Assembly: GCA_038871515.1 (NCBI GenBank)
Contig: JAVZHX010000005.1
Coordinates: forward strand, 1-53,581
DNA length: 53,581 bases
Source: Candidatus Micrarchaeia archaeon
Lineage (GTDB): Archaea; Micrarchaeota; Micrarchaeia; Burarchaeales; Fermentimicrarchaeaceae
Direction of reading: 5' to 3'
Under the pieces are notes generated by a model. It was given only the letters and a program-made list of their open reading frames with translations. It was not told the DNA's origin and ran no database searches. A program made the translations under genes and the position numbers. Below, in pieces: positions 1-10,048 of the stretch (its first letter is position 1; each line of letters opens with the position of its first letter).

Positions 1-128
1 AGCGGAAGAGGATTGATTCATGTTGTGAGCTTACTGAGGGTGTTTGTCCTGTACTACAATTTTATGAGAATCCACACAAAATTTGGAAAGCCACCCGGCA
101 GATGGGAGGGCTTATCTTGACAGTATCC
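1..128 (+). mobile_element. Right end of a probable IS6-family insertion sequence (transposase C-terminus plus terminal inverted repeat), truncated by the window edge
   Basis: Frame 1 (1-120) reads SGRGLIHVVSLLRVFVLYYNFMRIHTKFGKPPGRWEGLS*, matching the YYNxxRxH C-terminal motif of DDE transposases. The stop overlaps TATCTTGACAGTATCC (113-128; reverse complement GGATACTGTCAAGATA), which resembles IS6-type GG..CTGTc termini. Confidence 0.6.
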
Positions 129-179
129 CTCCAAACAAAAACAAATCTTTTAAATAAAACGTGTTTGATAAGTTTTACT

Positions 180-1598
180 ATGGAGGAAAAAATAAACGTC
201 GCGTGCGTTTTGCTTCTGCTGGTTTCTGTTTCCTGCTCTGAAGGAGTGAACCTATCTGTTCAGATTCCTGTGACCGGTGCAACTGTTTACTCAAATGGAG
301 TTGCGTTTGTAAGGAGAAACGCAGTTCTGGATGTGCCGGGAGGAGATGTTTCGCTTTTTATAAAAAACTTCACTTCCTCAGCAGTTTTTGACAGCATAGC
401 TGTGAAGGATGATAAAGCTGCGGTTAGGGGTATTGTAAAGTATCAAATTGTAACAAGGAAAAATGAAACAAAATACTTAACGTTTGACGAGCTTCTTAAC
501 GAAACAGCTGGAAGCGTTGTGAGGGTGCTGACAAAGAATGGGTGGAGGAATGGAACTCTTATGTGGTTCAATTCAGACAGGCTTGGTGTGCTTTCTGGCG
601 ATAAGCTTATTGTGATAAACTTTGATGATGTGGAGGAGCTGGAAGCGCCTGTTTCAAAGTATAAAAAAGAAGTTGAGGTGAATGAAACTGAAAAAGGAGT
701 GAGGATAGATGAGCGCTCAACCGCAGGAAAGCATTCAATTTCAATAAGTTATTTTGTTCCAGGCGTCAGCTGGAGCGCAAATTACAGGTATTACATAACT
801 TCTGAAACGGAAAGCGGTGAAGGAAAACTGCAAGCATGGGCAGGAGTGCTTAACAACGCGGGGGAGGATTGGGAGAGCATAAAGTTGAAACTGGTTGTTG
901 GCTACCCGCACATGCTGAGTTATTATGTTACAAGGTATGCAACGGAAACAATTAAAGGTGTTGGGGGAATGGCAGCCGCAGTTGCTGAAGCGCCAAGCGT
1001 TGTTTCTGATTTTGTGAGCGCATTCCTAGGAGAGTATTATGTGTATACTCTTACCGATTCAATAACACTCAAAAATGGCGAAACAACAAATCTACCGCTT
1101 TTTGAAAACCAAGTTAAATACAAAAGAGAATACATATGGGATACTACTTGGGAGAGACCGCATAAAGTTTACAAGCTGAACAACTCTGGTAATGAGAGCT
1201 GGGCTTCTGGAACTGTGAGAATCTACCTTGGTGATGAATTCCTTGGTGAGGACAGCATAAAATACACTGCAAAAGGAAAGGAAGCAGAGGTGACTGTTGC
1301 AGATGTGCCAGAGATAGTTGTAAAAAAACTTGTGAACAGCACAACAGGTAAAGAATACAGCTATGCAAGAACAACAACATACAGCGTCAGCTTGTCTATT
1401 GAGAACAGGAAAGATGAGAGAGTTGAGCTGAGGGTGAGGGATTGGATGAACTCAGGCGATGTTGTCACTCTGATTACCTCAAACCCACCAGCAGAGAGAA
1501 AGGAGCAGAACAAGCTTGAATGGAAAGTTTCATTGAATAAAGGTGAAAGCAGGACAATTACGTATGTGTACACGGTGACAAACTATTATTACTACTGA
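180..1598 (+). CDS. DUF4139/DUF4140-type secreted protein
   Basis: Signal peptide after ATG 180; N-terminal ATVYSNGVAFVRR, SYFVPGVSWSANY, NNAGEDW..KLKLVVG and C-terminal LEWKVSLNKGE motifs typical of the family. The track start at 102 lies inside the IS remnant. Confidence 0.75.
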   Translation: MEEKINVACVLLLLVSVSCSEGVNLSVQIPVTGATVYSNGVAFVRRNAVLDVPGGDVSLFIKNFTSSAVFDSIAVKDDKAAVRGIVKYQIVTRKNETKYLTFDELLNETAGSVVRVLTKNGWRNGTLMWFNSDRLGVLSGDKLIVINFDDVEELEAPVSKYKKEVEVNETEKGVRIDERSTAGKHSISISYFVPGVSWSANYRYYITSETESGEGKLQAWAGVLNNAGEDWESIKLKLVVGYPHMLSYYVTRYATETIKGVGGMAAAVAEAPSVVSDFVSAFLGEYYVYTLTDSITLKNGETTNLPLFENQVKYKREYIWDTTWERPHKVYKLNNSGNESWASGTVRIYLGDEFLGEDSIKYTAKGKEAEVTVADVPEIVVKKLVNSTTGKEYSYARTTTYSVSLSIENRKDERVELRVRDWMNSGDVVTLITSNPPAERKEQNKLEWKVSLNKGESRTITYVYTVTNYYYY

Positions 1599-3715
1599 AG
1601 TTTTTCAATTTTTTTGAAAGCAAGCACTCCAGCAGAAAGCAGTATAAGAAGAACAACATAAAGAACTGCGGGAAGAATTTCCATAAAGTTCGACTGAGTT
1701 TCAACAGCAGATACTTCAGGAACCTCTACTGTGTGACTCTTCTTATACTCACCACCAGCCAAATCTTTGAATTCAATTACCGCCAGATGCTCCCCAGGGG
1801 TAAGAAGCAGTGAGACGCTGTCCATCTGAGTTAGGGAAACTGGCTGACCGTCAATTGTAAGAGAGATATCCCTCGCATCCTGCACTCCAGAAAGCCTGAA
1901 GGTTGTTCTCACCAACCCATTTTCACTTCTGAAAGCAAGGTTTGTTATCTCCACTTCTGGAACTCTGTAAACTGTGACTGGTTTCACAAACTGCCTTGCA
2001 AAATCGGCGGATTCAACTTCAACAGTTATATTTTGAACTTTGGTATCTGTGATATTAAGCATAAATTCAACTGTTCTGTTGCCTGTCAGAAGGAGTTGTT
2101 TTGTCTCCCTTTCGTCACCTGCAGTAGCTGTGATGCGTATGCTCCTGTTTGTCTGGTTGCTTGCAAGCACCACATAAACTCTTGTTGCATTGCCAAGCAG
2201 TATGAACTCAGGTGCCCGCACATCAACTCCCACACCCATTACACCGGTAACTTTGAACTGAAGTTCTCTCACTCCACCAAGCGTTGTGGCGATGTATACA
2301 TTATTTATTCCTGTTGCTTTGGGCTCAAATGAGAAGCTGTATCTTCCGCTTCGTGTTACCGGCTGGGAGGATACATAGTAATCTGATGTTAGATATAACC
2401 TTCCCTCATACTTCCTCGCAACACCAACATCTACATATGTTGTTTGATTTTCTCCAAGCACAACTTCGGATTTCTCAAGAAACGCGTTGAAGTTTATTGA
2501 AGGAGCATCTGCTCTCACTTCAATACCAACTTGTTTCGGCTCCAGATACTCTGAATTCAGAATGAGGGGGCACTGGTAAATATAGTTGGTTGAAAGCTTT
2601 GGGTTGGACGTCACAACCCAGCTCACAACTTTGGTTTCGCCTGGCTTTAGTATTATGTTTTTTTCTGCATCATCAACGTAGATGATGTTTCCCGTGCAAG
2701 GGCTCAGATTAAGGCTCACCACTCTGTAATCATCTGAAGAAATGACTGCAAAAACCACTGTTTTAACTCCAAACCCAATTGTTTTGGCAACTGCTTCCAG
2801 CTGGTAGTTTGAACTTCTTTTTCCTTCTTTGAATGAAACGACCCTTACCTCTGTCCCCTTGCTGGAATCTGGTTTCAACCACTCAATTCTTGCATTCTGG
2901 CTTGTGAGCGTGTAAACATTATCAAACGTTTCATCATCTAAATATTTTGAAATTTCAAGATGTGATGCATCAAGGTAACCTACCTCGGGTGGGTTCCATG
3001 TTGCATCAACAGGCACCCACTCCCCCAAATAAACCTCCGCCCACGCATGCCCAATCCACTCCCCTTTATCCTCATCGTAAGCCATCCCACTGACAAACCT
3101 TGCAGGTATGCCAAGGGAGCGCGCAAAAGCAACAAAAAGTGTTGAGTATTCAGCGCATACTCCTCTTCTGTTTTTCAGAATCCACTTCGCATCCTTCAGG
3201 GAACCTGCCAAGCTTGAATCGTATGCGAGGTGGCTGTTCACCCACAAAGCAAGCTTTGCCACTCTCTCAAAATCATCAGATGAGTTTGCAGTTATCAACC
3301 GCGCCATCTCCTTTATTTCAGGGTCATCGCTCTGAACCCTTGCGGTTGGTTTTGTAAGCTGCATTAAGGAATAATTCACCTGATAACTTGCAGGGAGAGC
3401 AGTTGTTTTTCTTGCTTTAACTGAAACAGAGGAGGTTACAGTATACCTGAATGGGTTGGTTGGCTTTGTGCTCTCAATTGTGACAATTGAATTCCCGTCA
3501 GGAAGCTGGGTGACAGGTTTATCTGAGATGACTGTCTGGTAGCTTGTTTGAGCTGGAACAGATAGGTTCATTATAAGATACTTCAGCTCTCCCCCAACAG
3601 CACGTATGGAACCAGATTGAATTACGGTAAGGTTCATCTGCTCAACTAACCTTGTTTCCAAAGCAAAGCTAACCTGAAGCAGCACTGCAAGCAGAAGTAA
3701 TGCTTTTCCCTTCAT
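1592..3715 (-). CDS. Secreted, C-terminally anchored transglutaminase-like (Cys-His-Asp) protein
   Basis: Signal peptide MKGKALLLLAVLLQVSFA from ATG 3715; GVCAEYS, GHAWAEVY and WVPVDATW triad motifs; beta-rich C-terminal region and final TM helix. Confidence 0.8.
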   Translation of the reverse strand: MKGKALLLLAVLLQVSFALETRLVEQMNLTVIQSGSIRAVGGELKYLIMNLSVPAQTSYQTVISDKPVTQLPDGNSIVTIESTKPTNPFRYTVTSSVSVKARKTTALPASYQVNYSLMQLTKPTARVQSDDPEIKEMARLITANSSDDFERVAKLALWVNSHLAYDSSLAGSLKDAKWILKNRRGVCAEYSTLFVAFARSLGIPARFVSGMAYDEDKGEWIGHAWAEVYLGEWVPVDATWNPPEVGYLDASHLEISKYLDDETFDNVYTLTSQNARIEWLKPDSSKGTEVRVVSFKEGKRSSNYQLEAVAKTIGFGVKTVVFAVISSDDYRVVSLNLSPCTGNIIYVDDAEKNIILKPGETKVVSWVVTSNPKLSTNYIYQCPLILNSEYLEPKQVGIEVRADAPSINFNAFLEKSEVVLGENQTTYVDVGVARKYEGRLYLTSDYYVSSQPVTRSGRYSFSFEPKATGINNVYIATTLGGVRELQFKVTGVMGVGVDVRAPEFILLGNATRVYVVLASNQTNRSIRITATAGDERETKQLLLTGNRTVEFMLNITDTKVQNITVEVESADFARQFVKPVTVYRVPEVEITNLAFRSENGLVRTTFRLSGVQDARDISLTIDGQPVSLTQMDSVSLLLTPGEHLAVIEFKDLAGGEYKKSHTVEVPEVSAVETQSNFMEILPAVLYVVLLILLSAGVLAFKKIEKLQ

Positions 3716-3755
3716 GAATTTACTTTTTGAATACCTGTATTTAAATGAGTATGAA

Positions 3756-4070
3756 TCACCCAAATATCGCCCCAAAACCCTGCTCAGCCGAACCCTCCTC
3801 TTCCTCAATTTTCTTAACTACTCTCTGCTCAACAACCTTCTCGCTTCTCTTCACTCCTTCCACTTCCTTTAACTTCTCCTCAGCAAATTTAAAAAAATCA
3901 GCATCTGCTTTTATGTAAAGATAATACTTATTTTCCTCTCCCATAACCTTCCCTTCTTTTAACTTATACCCCTGCTTTGCAAAACTCCTCTCAGCATACG
4001 GCTCGCTTTCAAGAAGCTTCTTCAGCTTCCCAACCTGCTGAGGTTCACATTCATAAACTCTGCTCTCCAT
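3756..4070 (-). CDS. Conserved hypothetical protein (C-terminal GFGAIFG)
   Basis: 104-aa ORF with SD GGTGA upstream, charged coding-like composition, directly downstream of the bPH gene. Confidence 0.7.
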   Translation of the reverse strand: MESRVYECEPQQVGKLKKLLESEPYAERSFAKQGYKLKEGKVMGEENKYYLYIKADADFFKFAEEKLKEVEGVKRSEKVVEQRVVKKIEEEEGSAEQGFGAIFG

Positions 4071-4074
4071 TCAC

Positions 4075-4632
4075 TCACCTCTCACCCAAACCGCTTTCCT
4101 TCTTTGATTCTTTCTTAACTTTCTCAAGAATTATCTCTTTAAGAAGCGTTGCATTCTCAGCTGAAACTCCATCTATATGCGCATCCACTCCGGACTGAAG
4201 CGTTGCGCTTGACACATGCACATCATACAAGCCAAGTATTAAATCAAGCAAATCCCTATCAACATACACATCCTGTATTCTGCTGAATGGAATTGATATC
4301 TCTCGTGGGGTAAAAACCCCCTTTCTTATCACAAGCATGTCATTCTTTATATCGTAGTAATACGTTTTGTAATATACATAATGATACAGAAAGTTAATTA
4401 TGATGACTGCAACACATATCATAATTAAAAGAGCAAGGATTACGGTTTCCTCAAGTATGAACACGCTTGAGATAGTTTCACGTATCAGAGATGGATAGAA
4501 AAGAAAGGTTAGTATGGCTAGTATGAAGGCAATTGCAAGCACAATTGTGCCTTTCAGAGTTTTCTTTATTATTTTCTTTCTGCTCAGCCTAATTGTTTTT
4601 GAAGTTGGATTTTCCTTAACGTCATACGGCAT
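4075..4632 (-). CDS. Membrane protein with bacterial PH domain (bPH_2/YdbS-like)
   Basis: Two TM helices followed by LVIRKGVF...IPFSRIQDV...LGLYDVHV; start could alternatively be 4656. Confidence 0.8.
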   Translation of the reverse strand: MPYDVKENPTSKTIRLSRKKIIKKTLKGTIVLAIAFILAILTFLFYPSLIRETISSVFILEETVILALLIMICVAVIIINFLYHYVYYKTYYYDIKNDMLVIRKGVFTPREISIPFSRIQDVYVDRDLLDLILGLYDVHVSSATLQSGVDAHIDGVSAENATLLKEIILEKVKKESKKESGLGER

Positions 4633-4734
4633 AGAATTCAGGTATATAATAACCAAGCTGGCTTATAAATCTTGTTTTGCCCCAATAAGTATATTTAAAA
4701 ATCTAACCAATATATACTACACGGGGGTGGGGAG

Positions 4735-5745
4735 ATGGTTGTGAGAGTTGCACTGAACGGTTATGGAGTGATTGGGAAGAGAGTTGCCGATGCAGTTGCA
4801 AAGCAGGATGACATGCAGCTTATGGGAGTTGTGAAAACAAAGCCGGATTATGAGGCAAAGCTTGCGCTGAAGAAAGGGTATAAAGTTTACGTGCCAAACG
4901 CAGCAAGCCTTGAGCTATTTAAAAAAGCAAACGTGCCATGCGCAGGGCTTCACGAGGAGCTTTTTGCAAACTGCGATGTAGTTGTTGACTGCACTCCTGG
5001 CAAGATGGGTGCGGAGAATAAGAAAAACATATACCTCCCAAGAAAGCTGAAAGCTGTTTTTGAAGGTGGGGAAAAAGCAGAGGTTGCGGATGTTTCATTT
5101 GTCGCGCAATGCAACTATGATAAAGCAGTTGGCAAGGATTACGTAAGAGTTGTTTCATGTAACACAACCGGGCTTTGCAGAACACTTGGTGCAATAAACA
5201 ATGCATTTGGCATTGAGAGCTCAAAAGTTGTTTTAATAAGAAGGGCAGCAGACCCAAACGATATAAACACCGGCCCGATAAACGCAATTGTGCCTGAAAC
5301 GAAAATACCGTCGCATCAGGGGCCTGATGTTCAAACTGTTTTACCAATTCCAATTGAAACAGTTGCAATAAAGGTTCCAACAACCCTTATGCACGTTCAC
5401 GTTGTATTTGTGAAAATGAAAAAGCAGGCAACTGCTCAGGATGTTAAGGATGTTTTTGCAAATACTACAAGAATTGCTTTGTACAACGCAGCGGACGGGT
5501 TTGCTTCAACTGCGCAGTTAATTGATTACGCAAGGGATTTGGGAAGGTATAGATACGATATGCAGGAGATAATGGTTTGGGAGGATTCAATATACGTGAA
5601 TGGAAATGAGCTTGCTTACATACAGGCAGTTCACAATGAAGCAAACGTTGTTCCTGAAAACATTGATGCGATAAGGGCGATGTTCAATCTGTGCGACGCA
5701 AAAACATCAATTGAAAAGACGAACAAATCTTTCGGTATAGAGTGA
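4735..5745 (+). CDS. gap: Archaeal type II glyceraldehyde-3-phosphate dehydrogenase
   Basis: NGYGVIGKRVADA, VVSCNTTGL catalytic Cys, SHQGPDV, VPENIDAIRA. Confidence 0.97.
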   Translation: MVVRVALNGYGVIGKRVADAVAKQDDMQLMGVVKTKPDYEAKLALKKGYKVYVPNAASLELFKKANVPCAGLHEELFANCDVVVDCTPGKMGAENKKNIYLPRKLKAVFEGGEKAEVADVSFVAQCNYDKAVGKDYVRVVSCNTTGLCRTLGAINNAFGIESSKVVLIRRAADPNDINTGPINAIVPETKIPSHQGPDVQTVLPIPIETVAIKVPTTLMHVHVVFVKMKKQATAQDVKDVFANTTRIALYNAADGFASTAQLIDYARDLGRYRYDMQEIMVWEDSIYVNGNELAYIQAVHNEANVVPENIDAIRAMFNLCDAKTSIEKTNKSFGIE

Positions 5746-5759
5746 TTGGGGGTGGGTTT

Positions 5760-6995
5760 ATGAATCAACGTGGGTTTTGTGTAATGGACGATTTCGATTT
5801 CTCTGGGAAGAAGGTGCTTGTGAGATGCGACTTTAACTCTCCACTTGGGGAGAATGGTGAGATACTTGAGTTCATGAGAATAAGGGTTTACAAGAAAACA
5901 TTTGATAAACTGAAAAACGCAAAAGTTGTTGCGATAAGTCATCAGGGAAGATTGGGAAACCCTGACTGCGTTTCCCTTGCAAACCATGCGAAAATACTTG
6001 CTGAAACAATAGAACAGAAAGTGACTTTTGTTAATGATTTACTTGGTGAAAAAGCAAGGAAAGCAATTGATGAAGTTGATGTTGGGGAGGTTGTCGTTTT
6101 GGAGAACACAAGGTTCCAGCCAGAGGATAATGAGAACGCAACTCCCGAGCAGCACAAGGAGAGCGATTTGGTAAAAACACTTGCTCCTCACTTTGATTAC
6201 TTTATAAATGATGCTTTTTCAGTTTCCCACCGCTCACAAGCATCTGTTGTTGGTTTTCCGATGGTGCTCCCCTCATGCGCTGGCTTGGTTGTTGCAAATG
6301 AAATGGAGGCGATGTATAAAGCTGTTGAGCCACAGAATAAACCCGCTGTTTACTGCATTGGCGGTAAGAAATTCAAGGAAGTTATAAAAGTGATGGAGGT
6401 GACACTCAATAATAACACAGTTGAGCATGTGCTTGTTGGTGGTGCAGTTGCCCACGTTTTCCTTTACGTAAGAGGGCTTGTTCCAAAGGAATGCATGAAT
6501 GTTATGGAGGAGAAAGGGGATGAACTTGCAAAGCTTGTTGATAGAGCGAGGAAGCTTGATGAGAAATTCAAAAATAGAATAATACTGCCGGAGGATATTG
6601 CAATTTCTTTTGGAGGGAGGGAGGAGGCACCGATTGGTGACCCGAGGTTGGAGAAGTATACTCCAATGGATATTGGGGAGAAAACAATTGCAAAGTTCAC
6701 AGAAGTTATGAATAATGCAAAAGCAATAATAAGCAAGGGTCCAATGGGAGCGTATGAAAACCCAATTTTCTTAAAAGGAACTGTGAGAACGCTTATTGCA
6801 ATGGAGAATGCACCAGGTTACTCGCTGATAGGTGGAGGGCATATGGGCAGCATAGCTTTTGATTTAGGAATACGAGTTGACCACATATCAACTGCAGGAG
6901 GAGCTGTGCTTGCATTCATGAGCGGTGAGCCTCTGCCTGGAATTGAGGTGCTGAAGCAGTCAGCTCAGCTTTTTAAGGATAAGATAAATAAATGA
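5760..6995 (+). CDS. pgk: Phosphoglycerate kinase
   Basis: VLVRCDFNSP, SHQGR, LENTRF, NDAFSVSHR, HISTAGGA; in operon with gap. Confidence 0.96.
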   Translation: MNQRGFCVMDDFDFSGKKVLVRCDFNSPLGENGEILEFMRIRVYKKTFDKLKNAKVVAISHQGRLGNPDCVSLANHAKILAETIEQKVTFVNDLLGEKARKAIDEVDVGEVVVLENTRFQPEDNENATPEQHKESDLVKTLAPHFDYFINDAFSVSHRSQASVVGFPMVLPSCAGLVVANEMEAMYKAVEPQNKPAVYCIGGKKFKEVIKVMEVTLNNNTVEHVLVGGAVAHVFLYVRGLVPKECMNVMEEKGDELAKLVDRARKLDEKFKNRIILPEDIAISFGGREEAPIGDPRLEKYTPMDIGEKTIAKFTEVMNNAKAIISKGPMGAYENPIFLKGTVRTLIAMENAPGYSLIGGGHMGSIAFDLGIRVDHISTAGGAVLAFMSGEPLPGIEVLKQSAQLFKDKINK

Positions 6996-7014
6996 ACCGC
7001 TTAAATTATACCAA

Positions 7015-7101
7015 GCCCCAGTAGCTCAGCTGGCAGAGCGACTGTCTCGTAAATTCATTCGGGTAAGCAGTAGGTCGGGGGTTCAAATCCCTCCTGGGGC
7101 T
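7015..7101 (+). tRNA. tRNA-Thr(CGT) with 14-nt canonical 37/38 intron (7052-7065); no encoded CCA
   Basis: Acceptor GCCCCAG/CTGGGGC, D stem GCTC/GAGC, anticodon stem ACTGT/GCAGT, loop CT-CGT-A^A, T arm GGGGG-TTCAAAT-CCCTC; splicing helix CTCG/CGGG flanked by 3-nt bulges. Confidence 0.93.
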
Positions 7102-7127
7102 TTGAAGAAAATATATAAAATACCCCC

Positions 7128-7478
7128 TTATTTACCGCATACTGGGCAGGGAGTATTCATCGTTGGAAGCTCATAACCACATCGTGGGCAGCAGTATTTC
7201 GTTTCTGTCACATACTCAACTTTCTTAACTTCCTTAATTAGAACGTAACCGCATTCACATACCCTCTGTCCTTTGTGAATCCTCCGCTTGCAGTTCGGGC
7301 AGAGAAAAACAAACATATCCCAAACAGACTTCTTGCATTTTGGGCAGTACTCCTGCTCAGGTGTTATTGGCGTGCCGCACTCCTTGCATTTCACTGTTCC
7401 TTTCTTGAAAACATAACCGCATTCACATACCGCAGGAGTTATAAGGTGGAACTTACCGCACTCTGGACAGATGTACAT
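7128..7478 (-). CDS. Multi zinc-ribbon (double zinc ribbon-like) protein
   Basis: Eight CxxC/CxC pairs in 116 aa; internal VCECGYV repeat. Confidence 0.8.
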   Translation of the reverse strand: MYICPECGKFHLITPAVCECGYVFKKGTVKCKECGTPITPEQEYCPKCKKSVWDMFVFLCPNCKRRIHKGQRVCECGYVLIKEVKKVEYVTETKYCCPRCGYELPTMNTPCPVCGK

Positions 7479-7485
7479 TTTCTCC

Positions 7486-8436
7486 CTATTTTATTCTCAT
7501 CTGCAAGCCAAACTCAGTTAGGAGAAAAACTAAATACAGTGCAAGGAATATCATTCCCTCCCTCTGGTTCAGCTTTCTTCTTGTTTCAAGGAAGTACCAG
7601 AAGATGAGGTTCGTTATCAGGAGAAAAACAATAAGGCTGGATACGACTGTTATATTGAAAGTTGTTTGGGAGAGGATACCTGTTATGCCAAGCACAAGGG
7701 TTATATTCGTCATGCAGCTTCCTATCGCATCACCAAGCGCAAGCTGTATATTGCCTTTCTTCACAGCAGTTGTATCTATCGCAAGTTCCGGAAGTGATGT
7801 TCCAAGCGCAATTATCGTTGCGCCTATGAAACTTTTTGTAAGAGAAAGCGCATCTGCAAGCCTAACCGCAGAATCCACCGATAACCTTGCGCTTATCAGC
7901 ACCCCAATGATTCCAACAACGAAGTAGAGGAATGCGGGCAATGCATCTTTTTTTGCCACTTCCTCTTCTATTCCCAAACTCACTTTTTTCTGAAATAAGT
8001 AGTAAACATAACCGGTGAATATGAATAGAAGCAGAAGCCCTTCCACCCACCCAAATTCACTCCTAAGAAGGAGGATGAGGGGAATCATTGAAGTTATAAA
8101 CAGCAGTCTTATCAGTTCAACCATCTGCCCTTTCTTTATTTTTATCACACCAACCATGGAGCACGTGCCAACAACAAGCAATATATCGGCTATGTTGGAA
8201 CCTATCACGTTGCCAATTGAAACAGCGCCCTCTCCTGCTGAAGTTGAGATTATTGCAACTGCAAGTTCAGGAAGAGAGGTTGAAACTGCCAGCAGAACAA
8301 ACCCTGCAGTTATCTCACCTATCCTGAAAAATTTAGCAAGCTTTATTGTGTTATCAACAACCAAATGAGAGCATTTTGCAAGCACGAGAAGAGAGACTGC
8401 AAGCAAAATCACATCTGCAATCACGCTGGTCACCAC
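7486..8436 (-). CDS. Sodium:calcium antiporter (CaCA/YrbG family)
   Basis: Two alpha repeats AVSTSLPEL..GNVIGSNI and ALGTSLPEL..GDAIGSCM; about 10 TM helices. Confidence 0.92.
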   Translation of the reverse strand: MVTSVIADVILLAVSLLVLAKCSHLVVDNTIKLAKFFRIGEITAGFVLLAVSTSLPELAVAIISTSAGEGAVSIGNVIGSNIADILLVVGTCSMVGVIKIKKGQMVELIRLLFITSMIPLILLLRSEFGWVEGLLLLFIFTGYVYYLFQKKVSLGIEEEVAKKDALPAFLYFVVGIIGVLISARLSVDSAVRLADALSLTKSFIGATIIALGTSLPELAIDTTAVKKGNIQLALGDAIGSCMTNITLVLGITGILSQTTFNITVVSSLIVFLLITNLIFWYFLETRRKLNQREGMIFLALYLVFLLTEFGLQMRIK

Positions 8437-8516
8437 TCCTTAATTAATAATCAAACATATATAAACTTTCCCTCTTTAAATAAAATAGGTATCTTGATTG
8501 GATAGCTAGTGATTCT

Positions 8517-9446
8517 ATGTACGATATCATAGTAATTGGAGGAGGGGTTGCAGGTTTGTCTGCAGCAATGTATGGTGGCAGGCTTGGGCTTAAAACTCTT
8601 CTTATTTCTGAGATGATGGGGGGAATTATGAACTTCGCCCACCTTGTTGAGAACTACCCTGGCGTTGAAAGCATTTCTGGTATGGAGCTTGCAGAAAAGT
8701 TTAAATCTCATGCCTCACGTTACAATGTTGAGTTCAAAGAGGAGAGAGTTGAGAAAGTTGAGAAAACCACAAATGGGTTTAGAGTTTCAACAAAGCAGGC
8801 AAACTACGAGGGCAGAACAGTTATATTTGCAACAGGAGGAGAAGTTAGAAAGTTAGGTGTCCCTGGGGAAAAAGAATTTGAAGGAAGGGGAGTTTACTAC
8901 TGCGCTTTGTGCGATGGTGCGTTGTATAAGGACAAGGTTGTTGCGGTTATTGGGGGAAGCGATGGAGCTGTTAAGGAGGCGCTTCTCCTTACGCAGTACG
9001 CAAGCAGAGTTTACATAATTCACAGAGGTGATAAACTGACTGCGGAGGAAATGAATAAAGAAAAAGCGCTTTCCAACAAGAAAATAAAGTTAATTCTGAA
9101 AACAAATGTAATTGAAATAAGAGGGAGCAAAGTTGTTGAGAGTGTTGTGCTTGATAAAAAGTATGAAGGAAAGAATGAGCTGAAAGTGGACGCTGTTTTC
9201 ATATATATTGGAAGGGTGCCTGCTTCCCAGCTTGCTTCCGCGCTTGGGGTTAAATTAAATGAAAAAGGGGAGATAGTAACTGATAAGGATTCAAAAACAA
9301 GTGTTGAGGGAGTTTATGCAGCTGGCGATGTGACAAATTCTTCATTCAAGCAGATTATAACTGGGGCAGGAGATGGAGTGAGGGCTGCTTATTCTGCGTA
9401 TATTTACCTGAAAAATCAAAAAATACAGCACGTTGGGGATGCTTGA
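8517..9446 (+). CDS. trxB: Thioredoxin reductase
   Basis: GGGVAG FAD motif, VENYPG, redox CALCDG, GVYAAGDV. Confidence 0.93.
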   Translation: MYDIIVIGGGVAGLSAAMYGGRLGLKTLLISEMMGGIMNFAHLVENYPGVESISGMELAEKFKSHASRYNVEFKEERVEKVEKTTNGFRVSTKQANYEGRTVIFATGGEVRKLGVPGEKEFEGRGVYYCALCDGALYKDKVVAVIGGSDGAVKEALLLTQYASRVYIIHRGDKLTAEEMNKEKALSNKKIKLILKTNVIEIRGSKVVESVVLDKKYEGKNELKVDAVFIYIGRVPASQLASALGVKLNEKGEIVTDKDSKTSVEGVYAAGDVTNSSFKQIITGAGDGVRAAYSAYIYLKNQKIQHVGDA

Positions 9447-9995
9447 TTACTCAGTATTCAGTTTTCTGCTTCCATATTTTTTCTTATAAGCTTCGACGGA
9501 TTGAACTATCACTTTTTTTGCTTCCTCCGCGTTCTTCCAGCCAAGCATCTTCACTTTTTTTCCTTCAAGCTCCTTGTACACTCCGAAGAAGTGCATTATT
9601 TCTTTTAGAAGATGCTCCTCCAAGTCAGTTATATCTTTGTAGTTATCAAACCTTGGGTCATCCTTGCACACGCACAGAATTTTATCATCAATCTTTCCTC
9701 CATCATCCATCCTCAGCATTCCAACAGGCCTTGCCTTTATCAGCACGCCCGGATGGGTTGGGTTGGTTACAAGAACTAATGCATCCAGCGGATCCCCATC
9801 TTCTGACATTGTCCTTGGTATCAAACCATAATCGCCTGGGTAGTGGAAAGGTGAGAAAAGCACCCTGTCCAAAGTGATTATGTTCATTCTTTTATCATAT
9901 TCATATTTATTCTGGGAGCCTTTTGGAATTTCAACTATTATGTTCACTACGTCGGGCACATCTTCCCCTGCCTCTATATCGTGCCAGAGATTCAT
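9447..9995 (-). CDS. ppa: Soluble inorganic pyrophosphatase (family I)
   Basis: VEIPKGSQNKYEYD, YPGDYGLIPRT, DGDPLDALV. Confidence 0.96.
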   Translation of the reverse strand: MNLWHDIEAGEDVPDVVNIIVEIPKGSQNKYEYDKRMNIITLDRVLFSPFHYPGDYGLIPRTMSEDGDPLDALVLVTNPTHPGVLIKARPVGMLRMDDGGKIDDKILCVCKDDPRFDNYKDITDLEEHLLKEIMHFFGVYKELEGKKVKMLGWKNAEEAKKVIVQSVEAYKKKYGSRKLNTE

Positions 9996-10048
9996 CTAAC
10001 CACCTGGAATTCTTTAGTATTCTCAGCGGAAGTTTATAAATTTATAAG

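Noticed and set aside
102..179. N-terminal extensions in the ORF track (also 3716-3808, 20389-20457, 21863-21901, 38627-38668, 44204-44353, 49123-49305)
   Set aside because: They overlap other genes, promoters or repeats, and downstream ATGs have better SD or signal-peptide support.
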